This document shows positions 23,125 through 37,370 of a stretch of 64,000 nucleotides of DNA, piece by piece. The stretch is from positions 154,194,001 to 154,258,000 of the forward strand of contig NC_042998.1 of the NCBI RefSeq assembly GCF_006345805.1, in the 5' to 3' direction. A program made the translations under genes and the position numbers. Each line of letters starts with the position of its first letter. The first letter of the stretch is position 1. Origin of the DNA: Octopus sinensis (taxonomy: Eukaryota). Below the pieces are notes generated by a model. The model searched no databases. It was not told the origin of the DNA and saw only the letters and a list, made by a program, of their open reading frames with translations.

Positions 23125-26100
23125 GGTTAATTCCGTAATGGAATCGACGGCTTATATTATTTGCTGCCGATAAATTTGGCGCGGTGCGATGATTTGAAAA
23201 TTTTAGGTCAGATATTGCCTTGGCAGGGTCGGAAATGCCTCGTGAAAATATCTGTTTCCGACTTGGCTATTTCTTGCTGAAGAATCTGAGGGCCTATGGA
23301 AGATTGGCTTGATTTAATTTAATCAGGTTAGTTTACCATTAAACAGCAGACGAAACGGTGCATCGTACAAGAAATTACAGGGTAAATGTTTTTTTTAAAT
23401 TTTCTCCTGTTTACGGAATTGATCTTTATTTGCGGTTGAAGCTTTGGCTGTTATTTCTAGTGGGTGAATGGCCTATTATGGCCGTTCCTTGATTGTTGAT
23501 GTTGAACTTAAAAATGGTCTATGACTATTTAATTTTTTCCCACTAGGCCGCTGGTGGCAAAAAGAATTCTACAAAATTTTTTCACCACCCTATATTGATT
23601 AATTATGAATTTTCTGGTTAATTCCGTAATGGAATCGACGGCTTATATTTATTTGCTGCCGATAAATTTGGCGCGAGTGCGACGATTTGAAAATTTTAGG
23701 TCAGATATTGCCTTGGCAGGGTCGGAAATGCCTCGTGAAAATATCTGTTCCGACTTGGCTATTTCTTGCTGAAGAATCTGAGGGCCTATGGAAGATTGGC
23801 TTGATTTAATTTAATCAGGTTAGTTTACCATTAAACAGCAGACGAAACGGTGCATCGTACAAGAAATTACAGGGTAAATGTTTTTTTAAATTTTCTCCTG
23901 TTTACGGAATTGATCTTTATTTGCGGTTGAAGCTTTGGCTGTTATTTCTAGTGGGTGAATGGCCTATTATGGCCGTTCCTTGATTGTTGATGTTGAACTT
24001 AAAATGGTCTATGACTATTTAATTTTTCCCACTAGGCCGCTGGTGGCAAAAAGAATTCTACAAAATTTTTTTCACCACCCTATATTGATTAATTATGAAT
24101 TTTCTGGTTAATTCCGTAATGGAATCGACGGCTTATATTTATTTGCTGCCGATAAATTTGGCGCGAGTGCGACGATTTGAAAATTTTAGGTCAGATATTG
24201 CCTTGGCAGGTCGGAAATGCCTCGTGAAAATATCTGTTCCGACTTGGCTATTTCTTGCTGAAGAATCTGAGGGCCTATGGAAGATTGGCTTGATTTAATT
24301 TAATCAGGTTAGTTTACCATTAAACAGCAGACGAAACGGTGCATCGTACAAGAAATTACAGGGTAAATGTTTTTTAAATTTTCTCCTGTTTACGGAATTG
24401 ATCTTTATTTGCGGTTGAAGCTTTGGCTGTTATTTCTAGTGGGTGAATGGCCTATTATGGCCGTTCCTTGATTGTTGATGTTGAACTTAAAAATGGTCTA
24501 TGACTATTTAATTTTTTCCCACTAGGCCGCTGGTGGCAAAAAGAATTCTACAAAATTTTTTTCACCACCCTATATTGATTAATTATGAATTTTCTGGTTA
24601 ATTCCGTAATGGAATCGACGGCTTATATTTATTTGCTGCCGATAATTTGGCGCGAGTGCGACGATTTGAAAATTTTAGGTCAGATATTGCCTTGGCAGGG
24701 TCGGAAATGCCTCGTGAAAATATCTGTTCCGACTTGGCTATTTCTTGCTGAAGAATCTGAGGGCCTATGGAAGATTGGCTTGATTTAATTTAATCAGGTT
24801 AGTTTACCATTAAACAGCAGACGAAACGGTGCATCGTACAAGAAATTACAGGGTAAATGTTTTTTAAATTTTCTCCTGTTACGGAATTGATCTTTATTTG
24901 CGGTTGAAGCTTTGGCTGTTATTTCTAGTGGGTGAATGGCCTATTATGGCCGTTCCTTGATTGTTGATGTTGAACTTAAAAATGGTCTATGACTATTTAA
25001 TTTTTTCCCACTAGGCCGCTGGTGGCAAAAAGAATTCTACAAAATTTTTTTTCGCCACCCTATATTGATTAATTATGAATTTTCTGGTTAATTCCGTAAT
25101 GGAATCGACGGCTTATATTTATTTGCTGCCGATAAATTTGGCGCGAGTGCGACGATTTGAAAATTTTAGGTCAGATATTGCCTTGGCAGGGTCGGAAATG
25201 CCTCGTGAAAATATCTGTTCCGACTTGGCTATTTCTTGCTGAAGAATCTGAGGGCCTATGGAAGATTGGCTTGATTTAATTTAATCAGGTTAGTTTACCA
25301 TTAAACAGCAGACGAAACGGTGCATCGTACAAGAAATTACAGGGTAAATGTTTTTTTAAATTTTCTCCTGTTTACGGAATTGATCTTTATTTGCGGTTGA
25401 AGCTTTGGCTGTTATTTCTAGTGGGTGAATGGCCTATTATGGCCGTTCCTTGATTGTTGATGTTGAACTTAAAAATGGTCTATGACTATTTAATTTTTTC
25501 CCACTAGGCCGCTGGTGGCAAAAAGAATTCTACAAAATTTTTTTCACCACCCTATATTGATTAATTATGAATTTTCTGGTTAATTCCGTAATGGAATCGA
25601 CGGCTTATATTTATTTGCTGCCGATAAATTTGGCGCGAGTGCGACGATTTGAAAATTTTAGGTCAGATATTGCCTTGGCAGGGTCGGAAATGCCTCGTGA
25701 AAATATCTGTTCCGACTTGGCTATTTCTTGCTGAAGAATCTGAGGGCCTATGGAAGATTGGCTTGATTAATTTAATCAGGTTAGTTTACCATTAAACAGC
25801 AGACGAAACGGTGCATCGTACAAGAAATTACAGGGTAAATGTTTTTTTAAATTTTCTCCTGTTTACGGAATTGATCTTTATTTGCGGTTGAAGCTTTGGC
25901 TGTTATTTCTAGTGGGTGAATGGCCTATTATGGCCGTTCCTTGATTGTTGATGTTGAACTTAAAAATGGTCTATGACTATTTAATTTTTTCCCACTAGGC
26001 CGCTGGTGGCAAAAAGAATTCTACAAAATTTTTTTCACCACCCTATATTGATTAATTATGAATTTTCTGGTTAATTCCGTAATGGAATCGACGGCTTATA

Positions 26101-27037
26101 TTTATTTGCTGCCGATAAATTTGGCGCGAGTGCGACGATTTGAAAATTTTAGGTCAGATATTGCCTTGGCAGGGTCGGAAATGCCTCGTGAAAATATCTG
26201 TTCCGACTTGGCTATTTCTTGCTGAAGAATCTGAGGGCCTATGGAAGATTGGCTTGATTTAATTTAATCAGGTTAGTTTACCATTAAACAGCAGACGAAA
26301 CGGTGCATCGTACAAGAAATTACAGGGTAAATGTTTTTTTAAATTTTCTCCTCTTTACGGAATTGATCTTTATTTGCGGTTGAAGCTTTGGCTGTTATTT
26401 CTAGTGGGTGAATGGCCTATTATGGCCGTTCCTTGATTGTTGATGTTGAACTTAAAATGGTCTATGACTATTTAATTTTTTCCCACTAGGCCGCTGGTGG
26501 CAAAAAGAATTCTACAAAATTTTTTCACCACCCTATATTGATTAATTATGAATTTTCTGGTTAATTCCGTAATGGAATCGACGGCTTATATTTATTTGCT
26601 GCCGATAAATTTGGCGCGAGTGCGACGATTTGAAAATTTTAGGTCAGATATTGCCTTGGCAGGGTCGGAAATGCCTCGTGAAAATATCTGTTCCGACTTG
26701 GCTATTTCTTGCTGAAGAATCTGAGGGCCTATGGAAGATTGGCTTGATTTAATTTAATCAGGTTAGTTTACCATTAAACAGCAGACGAAACGGTGCATCG
26801 TACAAGAAATTACAGGGTAAATGTTTTTTTAAATTTTCTCCTGTTTACGGAATTGATCTTTATTTGCGGTTGAAGCTTTGGCTTTGTTATTTCTAGTGGG
26901 TGAATGGCCTATTATGGCCGTTCCTTGATTGTTGATGTTGAACTTAAAAATGGTCTATGACTATTTAATTTTTTCCACTAGGCCGCTGGTGGCAAAGAAT
27001 TCTACAAAATTTTTTTCACCACCCTATATTGATTAAT
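23125..27037 (+). repeat. ~490-bp satellite, right block (~8 units)
   Basis: Marker gcgcgagtgcgacg recurs at 23671, 24161, 24650, 25141, 25633, 26124 and 26614 (period 489-492); differences are mostly homopolymer indels. Confidence 0.97.
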
Positions 27038-27244
27038 TATATATATATGTATATATATATATATTTATATATATATATGTATATACATATATATATATAT
27101 TATATATAGACATATATATATATGTATATATATATTCTATATATGTATATATATATGTATATATGTATATGATAGTATATGTATATGTATATGTATATAT
27201 TATATAGGTATATATATATATATATGTATATATATATTATATAT

Positions 27245-27281
<37 letters not shown>

Positions 27282-27311
27282 ATGTATATATATATATGTA
27301 TATATATGTAT

Positions 27312-27342
<31 letters not shown>

Positions 27343-27410
27343 ATAATATATATATATATATTATATATATGTATATATATATATATATATATATGTAATT
27401 ATATACTATA

Positions 27411-27496
<86 letters not shown>

Positions 27497-27546
27497 GTAT
27501 ATGTATATATATATATACGTATATATATATATATATATATATATTG

Positions 27547-27599
<53 letters not shown>

Positions 27600-27645
27600 T
27601 ATATATATATATATATATTATGTATATATATATATATATATGTAT

Positions 27646-27680
<35 letters not shown>

Positions 27681-27681
27681 T

Positions 27682-27745
<64 letters not shown>

Positions 27746-27879
27746 ATATATATATATGTAAATATATATATATATATATATGTATAATATATATGTATAT
27801 ATATGTATATATATATGTATATATATATATATATATATGTATTATATTTATATATATGTATATATATATATATATGTAA

Positions 27880-27948
<69 letters not shown>

Positions 27949-27972
27949 AATATATATATGTATATAAAATAA

Positions 27973-28117
27973 ATATAAGAGAGTGGTCACTATATTGCTC
28001 ACTCTAGCACCAGTTAATCCAAAAGGTTTCAACCACGAAAAACATGTATTTTCGTGGTTGAAACCTTTTGGATTAACTGGTGCTAGAGTGAGCAATATAG
28101 TGACCACTCTCTTATAT
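27973..28117. mobile_element. 145-bp near-perfect palindromic MITE-like element inside the (TA)n array
   Basis: atataagagagtggtcactatattgctcactctagcaccagttaatccaaaaggtttcaaccacgaaaa-catgta-ttttcgtggttgaaacc...cactctcttatat. Confidence 0.85.
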
Positions 28118-28416
28118 ATATTTTGTAAAAAATATTATAATATGTTATAAAATATATATAATAATCCAGGTTTCTCGTAGCACTAGGCCACTTGGTGTTG
28201 AATAATATACTATTAAATTAGTATCTAATTCTCTCACCCTTATTAATTAATTTATATATATGTATATATATATATATGTATTGTGTATATATATATATAT
28301 ATATATGTACATATATATATATGTATATATATATATGTATATATATAGATTTATATATATATTATATATATGTATATATGTATATATATATATATGTAAG
28401 ATATATATATATAATG

Positions 28417-28447
<31 letters not shown>

Positions 28448-28618
28448 TATATGTATGAATATATATTGTATATATATATAATATATAATATATATATATA
28501 TATTATATATAATATATATGTATATAAATATATAGATATATATATATATGTAAATATAAATATATATATTATATGTATATATATATATATTATATGTATA
28601 TACATATAATATTATATA

Positions 28619-28719
<101 letters not shown>

Positions 28720-28816
28720 ATATGTATATATATATGTAATATATATGTATGGTTATATATATTGTAATATATTATATAATATGTATATATATATGTATAT
28801 GTATATATATATGTAT

Positions 28817-28850
<34 letters not shown>

Positions 28851-28899
28851 AGATGTATATATATATATATATATTATAATATATATGTATATATATATG

Positions 28900-28986
<87 letters not shown>

Positions 28987-28997
28987 GTATATATATG

Positions 28998-29046
<49 letters not shown>

Positions 29047-29119
29047 GTTATATATACATATATGTATATATATATGTATATATATATATAAATATGTATT
29101 ATATATATATATAAATATG

Positions 29120-29152
<33 letters not shown>

Positions 29153-29195
29153 GTATATATATATGTATATATAATATGTATATATATATATATGA

Positions 29196-29272
<77 letters not shown>

Positions 29273-29302
29273 GTAATATATATATATATGTATATATATA
29301 TG

Positions 29303-29333
<31 letters not shown>

Positions 29334-29355
29334 GTATATATATATAATATATATG

Positions 29356-29388
<33 letters not shown>

Positions 29389-29425
29389 GTATATATATAT
29401 GTATATATATATATATGTATATATA

Positions 29426-29503
<78 letters not shown>

Positions 29504-29585
29504 GTATAATATATGTATATATATATATGTTATATATATATGTATATATATATATATGTATATATTATATATGTATATATATATG

Positions 29586-29635
<50 letters not shown>

Positions 29636-29800
29636 TATATGTACAATATATATATGTAATATAATATATGTATATATATATATATATAATATATATATAT
29701 ATGTATATATACGTATATTTATATGTATATATATATATATTTGTATATATATATATAATATATATATGTATATATATATGTATATATACGTATATTTATA

Positions 29801-29833
<33 letters not shown>

Positions 29834-30159
29834 ATGTATATGTATATATATGTATATATATACATGTAAATATATGTATATATGTATATATATGTATATT
29901 ATATGTATTATATATGTATATATATATATGTATATATGTATATAATATTATGTATATATATATGTATATATATATATATATGTTGTATTATATATGTATA
30001 TATATATATATAGTATGTATATATATATATATATGTATGTATATATATATATATGTATGTATATATATATATATATGTATGTATATATATATATATGTAT
30101 GTATAGATATATATTATGTATATGATATATAATATATATATATATATATATGTATATAT

Positions 30160-32122
30160 GATTGATTGATTGATTCTAGTTTCAGCTTATGGGCTGTGCC
30201 ATGCTGGGGCCACCGCCATTTGGTGTTGCTACTTGGTTTCACTTCATGGAGGTTTTCTAGCAACTGCTATTTGGGCATGAGAGAGTTTCGATGCAGCGCC
30301 CTCATCTGCCCCTCCTGCCGTGAAGTTGGTTCATCTGGGACACCTGACAGGAAGAGATCCAGCTTCATTTTAAAGACATCTGTATCCACCCCCATGCAGG
30401 TCTCTCAGGTTCTTCGGGAGGATATTGAAGAGCTGTGGGCCCTCGGAAACCCAGGCTATCACAGAATCTTGTCCTACATCTTGATGGCAGGTTTGAGTCC
30501 TAGGCACACGCAGTGGCGCCCAGTTCTGGCATTTGCGTAACTCTCGATGCCAAAGTTCAGGACACTTCCCTCCAGGATCTTCCAGATGTATATTATGGCA
30601 TATCTTTCCCGCCTACGCTCCAGGGAATATAATTTTAATGTCTTGAGTCTTTCCCAGTAGCTTACATTCTGCATAGAGGCTATCTTCTTTGTGTAGCTTC
30701 GTTGGATCGCCTCAAGTTCTGTGATCAACTTGACACTGGATGGTGACCATAGCTGAGAGCAATAGTCAAAGTGGCTTAGGACAAGTGTCTTCCAGAAGAC
30801 CATCATGGTTTCTTGTTCTCTTGTTCTAAAGTTCTAAGAATCCATCCAGCCAGCCGTCTACATTCATTGTCAGTTAGCAACATGTACATGAAGGTCGCGT
30901 CATCACTCATGTGAATACCCAGGTCACGCACTGATTGTGCCTCTGGATTGCAATCCCTCCGGGTCCAGTGTATTCATTGGGTATTGCATTCAGTTTTGCA
31001 TGCTGATAGTATAAAGCTTGAAACTTTCCAGCATTGAACGCATGATTCTTTTCAGCCCACTTGTATATTTCGTCAGCTCACATTGCAGGTGTTTAGTGTC
31101 CTCAGGGTTCTGTATTGCCTGTGAAACTTTTGTATCATCTGCATAACTTGTGATCGTGGCTCTCTGCGTGGCTGAGGGCATGTCTGAGAGGGCCATTATG
31201 AACAGTAGTGGTCCCAGAACAGTGCCCTGCGGAACCCGCTCACTATTTGTGTGTTAATGGAGGTGGCTCCATTGGCTACTACCACCTGACTTCTATCCTT
31301 CAGAAAGTCATGAAGCCATTCTCCCAGTTTTCCAACTATGTTGAGATCACGCAGTTTGTGACATATCATTCCATGATCGACTTTATCAAAGGCCTTTGCA
31401 AAGTCGAGATATATCACTTCCACATTTGAGTGGTTAGCAGCCGTTTCAGCACACCCAGTCATAGTGTTGTAGGAGCTGATTTAAACAGCTTCTCCCTGGT
31501 CGGAAACCATGTTGGGTGTCGGGCAGCAAGTCATTCTCTTCAAGGAGGTGATCAGCTTCCTTCTGACTATTCGTTCCATGACCTTGCTGATGTGTGAGGT
31601 CAGAGAGATAGGTCTATAGTTCTTGGCTTCCGCTCTGCTACCTCCTTTATGAATGGGGCATATTTTACCTTCCTTCAGTTTTCCTGGAAGTTTGCCAGCC
31701 TGCAAGGAAGCTCTGAAAGAGGAACTGCAGTGGTCTTGCTAGGACTCTCTTACATGCTTTTAGGAGGATTGCCGGGAATCCATCGGGGCCAGTAGCTGAG
31801 TCTGTTTTCATTTCATCTATAGCCTTGGTTACATCGTCTTCCTTTATATCGATGTAATCTATCGTCGCCGCCTCTGATTTTATATCTGCAGTGGTAAAAA
31901 AGTCAGTTGGATTGGTGATTTGGAGATGCCCAAGGGGTGGAGTGAAAACACTCTTGAATTGCTCATTCAGTATTTCACTTACCCTCATTGGTTTTCTGTA
32001 AGTGTGCCATCCTTTTCGAGGAGTGGCCCTATTCTACAGTGCACTGTAGCTGTTTCTTTGGCATACCTGTAGAAAGCTCTGGGGTTAGATTTTATGTTTT
32101 CTATAGCCCAGGCTTCTTTGTC
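30160..32122 (-). mobile_element. CR1/L2-group (jockey-like RT) LINE, 5'-truncated, inserted in (TA)n
   Basis: KTDSATGPDGFP, KNYRPISLTSHISKVMERIV, YLDFAKAFDKVDHG, YADDTK, LSHFDYCSQLWSP; (AATC)n tail at 30160-30175. Confidence 0.92.
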
Positions 32123-32164
32123 TATATATATATATATGTATAATAAATCTTATATATATGTATA

Positions 32165-32216
<52 letters not shown>

Positions 32217-32282
32217 AATAATTCTTATATATATGTATATATATTATATATATCTATATATATATATGTATAATAAATCTTA

Positions 32283-32336
<54 letters not shown>

Positions 32337-32489
32337 GTATTATATATATATATGTATAATAAATCTTATATATATATATATATAGATATAATATATATAT
32401 ATATATGTATATATATATATGTATAATAATCTTATATATGTATATATATATATATATATATAGTATATAAATCTTATATATATATATAC

Positions 32490-32520
<31 letters not shown>

Positions 32521-32534
32521 ATACATACACACAC

Positions 32535-32569
<35 letters not shown>

Positions 32570-32760
32570 CATATATATATTATATACATATAATATATAA
32601 TGTATATATGTATATATATATATATATCCGATTATATATATATATATAAATACATCACACTCATAATATATATACATATACATATATATATATATATATA
32701 TACATATATACATATATATATATATATAAACATATATATAATATACACATATATATATAC

Positions 32761-32811
<51 letters not shown>

Positions 32812-33029
32812 CATATCATATATATACATATATATATATATACATATATATATATACATATATATATATATACATATACATATATAATACATATATCTAT
32901 ATATATACATATATATGTATATATATATGTATTTATGTATATATATTTATATGTATATATATATATTGTATATGTATATATATTTGTATATATATATGTA
33001 TATATATATGGTATATATATTTATATATG

Positions 33030-33060
<31 letters not shown>

Positions 33061-33076
33061 TGTATATATATATATG

Positions 33077-33107
<31 letters not shown>

Positions 33108-33126
33108 GTATATATGTATATATATG

Positions 33127-33187
<61 letters not shown>

Positions 33188-33287
33188 TATATATATATAT
33201 CTGTATAATATATATGTATATATATATATGTATAATATATATATATATGTATATATATATTATATGTATATATATATATATAATATG

Positions 33288-33323
<36 letters not shown>

Positions 33324-33475
33324 TGTATTATATATAATATATGTATATATATATATATGTATATATATATTATCATATATGTATATATATATATATGTAT
33401 GTATATATATATATATGTATGTATATCTGTATGTATATATATATATATGTAGGTGATATATATATTATGTCTATG

Positions 33476-33509
<34 letters not shown>

Positions 33510-33679
33510 TATGTATATAATATAGTATATATATATATAGAATATATATGTATATATAATATATATAGTGATATATATATATATATATATATAGTATATT
33601 ATATAATATATATGTATATATGTATATATATATATGTATGTATATATATATATATGTATATATGTATATATTATATATG

Positions 33680-33735
<56 letters not shown>

Positions 33736-33866
33736 AGATATATATATATAGTATATATATATATATATGTATATATATTATATATATGTATATTTATATA
33801 TGGTATATATATATATATGTATATCTATATATATATATATATATTATTATATATGTATATATATAA

Positions 33867-33897
<31 letters not shown>

Positions 33898-34011
33898 GTA
33901 CATATATATATATATATATGTACATATATATATATATTTATATATATATATATATGTACATATATATATATAATGTATATATATATATATATGTACATAT
34001 ATTATATTATG

Positions 34012-34054
<43 letters not shown>

Positions 34055-34087
34055 TATATATATATATATATGTATAATATATATATG

Positions 34088-34119
<32 letters not shown>

Positions 34120-34216
34120 ATATGTATATATGTATATGTATATGTGTATATGTATATATGTATATGTATATATGTATATGTGTATATGTATATATATATA
34201 TATCTATATATATGTG

Positions 34217-34376
<160 letters not shown>

Positions 34377-34384
34377 CTATATAC

Positions 34385-34460
<76 letters not shown>

Positions 34461-34526
34461 ATATTTATATATCATATATATATATATATACATATATATA
34501 TACATATATATATATATATACATATA

Positions 34527-34590
<64 letters not shown>

Positions 34591-34656
34591 CCACATATAC
34601 ATATATACATATACATTATATAATATATATATATATACACATATACATATATACAT

Positions 34657-34720
<64 letters not shown>

Positions 34721-34976
34721 GTATATGTGTATATGTATATATATTATATATGTATATACATATACATATGTATATGTATATATGTATATGTGTATATGTA
34801 TATATATATATGTGTATATGTAGATATTATATGTATATATGTATATATATATATGTATATATATATATGTGTATATGTATATATATATATGTATATATGT
34901 GTATATGTCTTTATATATATGTGTATATGTATATATATATATATTATATATGTATATATGTATATATATATATTTA

Positions 34977-35029
<53 letters not shown>

Positions 35030-35306
35030 ATATATATGTATATATATATATGTATATATGTATATATATATATGTATATATATATGTATATGTATATATA
35101 TATGTATATATGTATATATATATATGTATATATGTATATATATATATGTATATATGTATATATATGTATATGTATATATGTATATATATATGTATATATG
35201 TATATATATATGTATATATGTATATATATATATGTATATATATATATATGTATATATGTATATATATATATATATATATGTGTGTGTATGTATTTATATA
35301 TATATA

Positions 35307-35813
35307 TATTACATACATATAAGAGGGATGACCACTAAGTGGACATCCATTATGCTAGAAGTTGACCTTCTATGCTCTTACCACTAAGAAAGGCATGTTC
35401 TCAAGAAAATTTACCAAACACCAGAGTGTAAGCGAGCAAGACAAATGAAAAAGATACAAAATATACAGATTAATCACAAACTCGGTTTCATTGTTACCAC
35501 TTACATAATTACTTAGTAGTTGTCCACAACCCGTCAGTGTGATCGTCATAGCAAAATATAATTTGCAGAATTATACACGAGACATCCACATGGGATTGAA
35601 CATGTATATAGTTCTACCAATTACTTTTGAGTTATATTTCAAAAGACTTTGTTCTGTTGTGATTAATCTGTATATTTTGTATCTTTTCATTTGTCTTGCT
35701 CGCTTACATTCTGGCATTTGCTAAATTTTCTTGAGATCATTTCTTTCTTAGTGGGTCGACTTCTAGCATAATGGATGTCCACTTAGTGGTCAGCCCTCAT
35801 ATGTATGTAATAT
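35307..35813. mobile_element. MITE with ~170-bp TIRs at the right edge of the TA array
   Basis: tattacatacatataagagggatgaccactaagtggacatccattatgctagaagt..ttaatcacaa pairs with ttgtgattaa..acttctagcataatggatgtccacttagtggtcagccctcatatgtatgtaata. Confidence 0.85.
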
Positions 35814-36003
35814 AATTTTTCTGAATCTTCAGATTTTTGTATATGCTAGACCACTGGTTTTAAATTGATATTAATCAAATTAATATTCATGCCGATTTTG
35901 TTTCCCCTCTGCAAGCTCAGTATCCGAAGTTTGAAAGTGTTTAGTTACAAAAAATTAATTTCTCTATCTGCTGATGAAAGTGAAAAGATCCGATTTATGA
36001 GAT

Positions 36004-36231
36004 TTAGCCCTTTAGTGTTCAGATTATTCTGTCAAATGTGACGTTTGTTTATTTAAAATGGTTTGAATTAATCATGCATTATTTTGTAGTTTAGAGATTT
36101 CAGTGATGTGATCTTTTAATTTTAGAATGACATTGTAGGGCTGAGGTGAGAGGCGAAATCTGGTAAGTTTCAATATAAAACAGGTTAAATATTTTGGCTG
36201 GATATGGCCGGTTTGAATGTTAAAGGGTTAA
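36004..36231. mobile_element. piggyBac-like MITE
   Basis: ttag-cccttta ... taaaggg-ttaa ends (TTAA-type TSD, CCC/GGG termini). Confidence 0.7.
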
Positions 36232-36573
36232 ATCCCACTGACAAACTTGCAGCCTGAAATACTTTTGTTTTGAAATCTTCCCATAGATCGTTTGGATCAA
36301 GATTGATACTTATAGCATTGTGGAATCTTTGCAAGTTGCTTGATAATTTAAAGCTTACAACATTTAACTTTTTGGGTACCTTAGGACCAGACTGTCGATT
36401 TTTAGGCATTATCGAAAAATCCATTTTTCCACACACTAGATGATGGTCACTTCAACTCCTTGCCCCTCTCATGACTCAAATGCTAGAAACGTCTTTCATA
36501 TCACGTTTCCTGATCAGAATATAATCTATGAGATGCCAGTGCTTGGGTGCATCCAGGTGGTTTTATATTTATT

Positions 36574-36738
36574 ACATCTGGTTCAGTAATAGCCCAGATC
36601 TCAACTTCTTTTTATGGTGTGTACTTCATGCAAGGACCAATGCTTCACCACACTCAAATGTCAACAGTTTGAAGACCTGCATCATGTGTGCAACATGCAA
36701 AATCAAAATAGGTGGAGGTTGCAGCAGCTGCAAAAAAA
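36574..36738 (+). mobile_element. 165-bp copy of the transposase 3' part at 39798-39970
   Basis: About 5 substitutions and one ~7-nt deletion relative to 39798-39970 (counted by eye). Confidence 0.85.
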
Positions 36739-37048
36739 CAGAGTGTTGGTGACAACCAGATTATTCTCAGTACAAAATGTCAAAAGAGCTACTCTATTTT
36801 TATTGCATTTTCCAACCCCATGTCAACCTAAAACAGACCATGAGACAGTCCTTTCCAACTCTTGCATTGAAATCTCCCAGTATGACCAGCTTGTCAGAAA
36901 TTGGTACTTTCCTCAATAATCATGCTAGATTGTCATAAAACTGCCCTACAGTTTCATCAGAATGAGACATTGTTGGTGCATAAATACTGACAATGGTAAG
37001 AAACCTACCTTTTGTCAGTTTGATACGGCTTGACAGATATACCACTTG

Positions 37049-37370
37049 GAAATATTCTCTTGATATAGTTGTACTCTCTGAAACTTGTCTCTCTGGTGAA
37101 GGTCAAGTAAATGAACCTACTTATGAATATACTATCTTTTAAGGGTCAGCGTAGAGAATCTGGTGTTGGGTTTGCTCTCAAGAATACATTTGTATCCTCC
37201 GTTGTAGAGTTCTACAACGGAGGATACAAATGTATTCTTGAGAGCAAACCCAACACCAGATTCTCTACGCTGACCCTTAAAAGATAGTATATTCATAAGT
37301 AGGTTCATTTACTTGACCTTCACCAGAGAGACAAGTTTCAGAGAGTACAACTATATCAAGAGAATATTTC
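37049..37370. repeat. 322-bp palindrome (160-bp arms, 2-nt centre, one mismatch seen)
   Basis: 37049-37208 is the reverse complement of 37211-37370; centre tgtaga-gt-tctaca. Confidence 0.95.

Noticed and set aside
24095-24788. 67-aa ORF repeated in satellite units
   Set aside because: Its sequence changes with single-base indels between units and it is absent from others; no protein-like features.
23125-27037. Satellite as a 5S rRNA, tRNA or snRNA gene array, or as a CRISPR array
   Set aside because: No recognisable RNA-gene sequence or A/B boxes; units are whole-length repeats without unique spacers; eukaryotic context.
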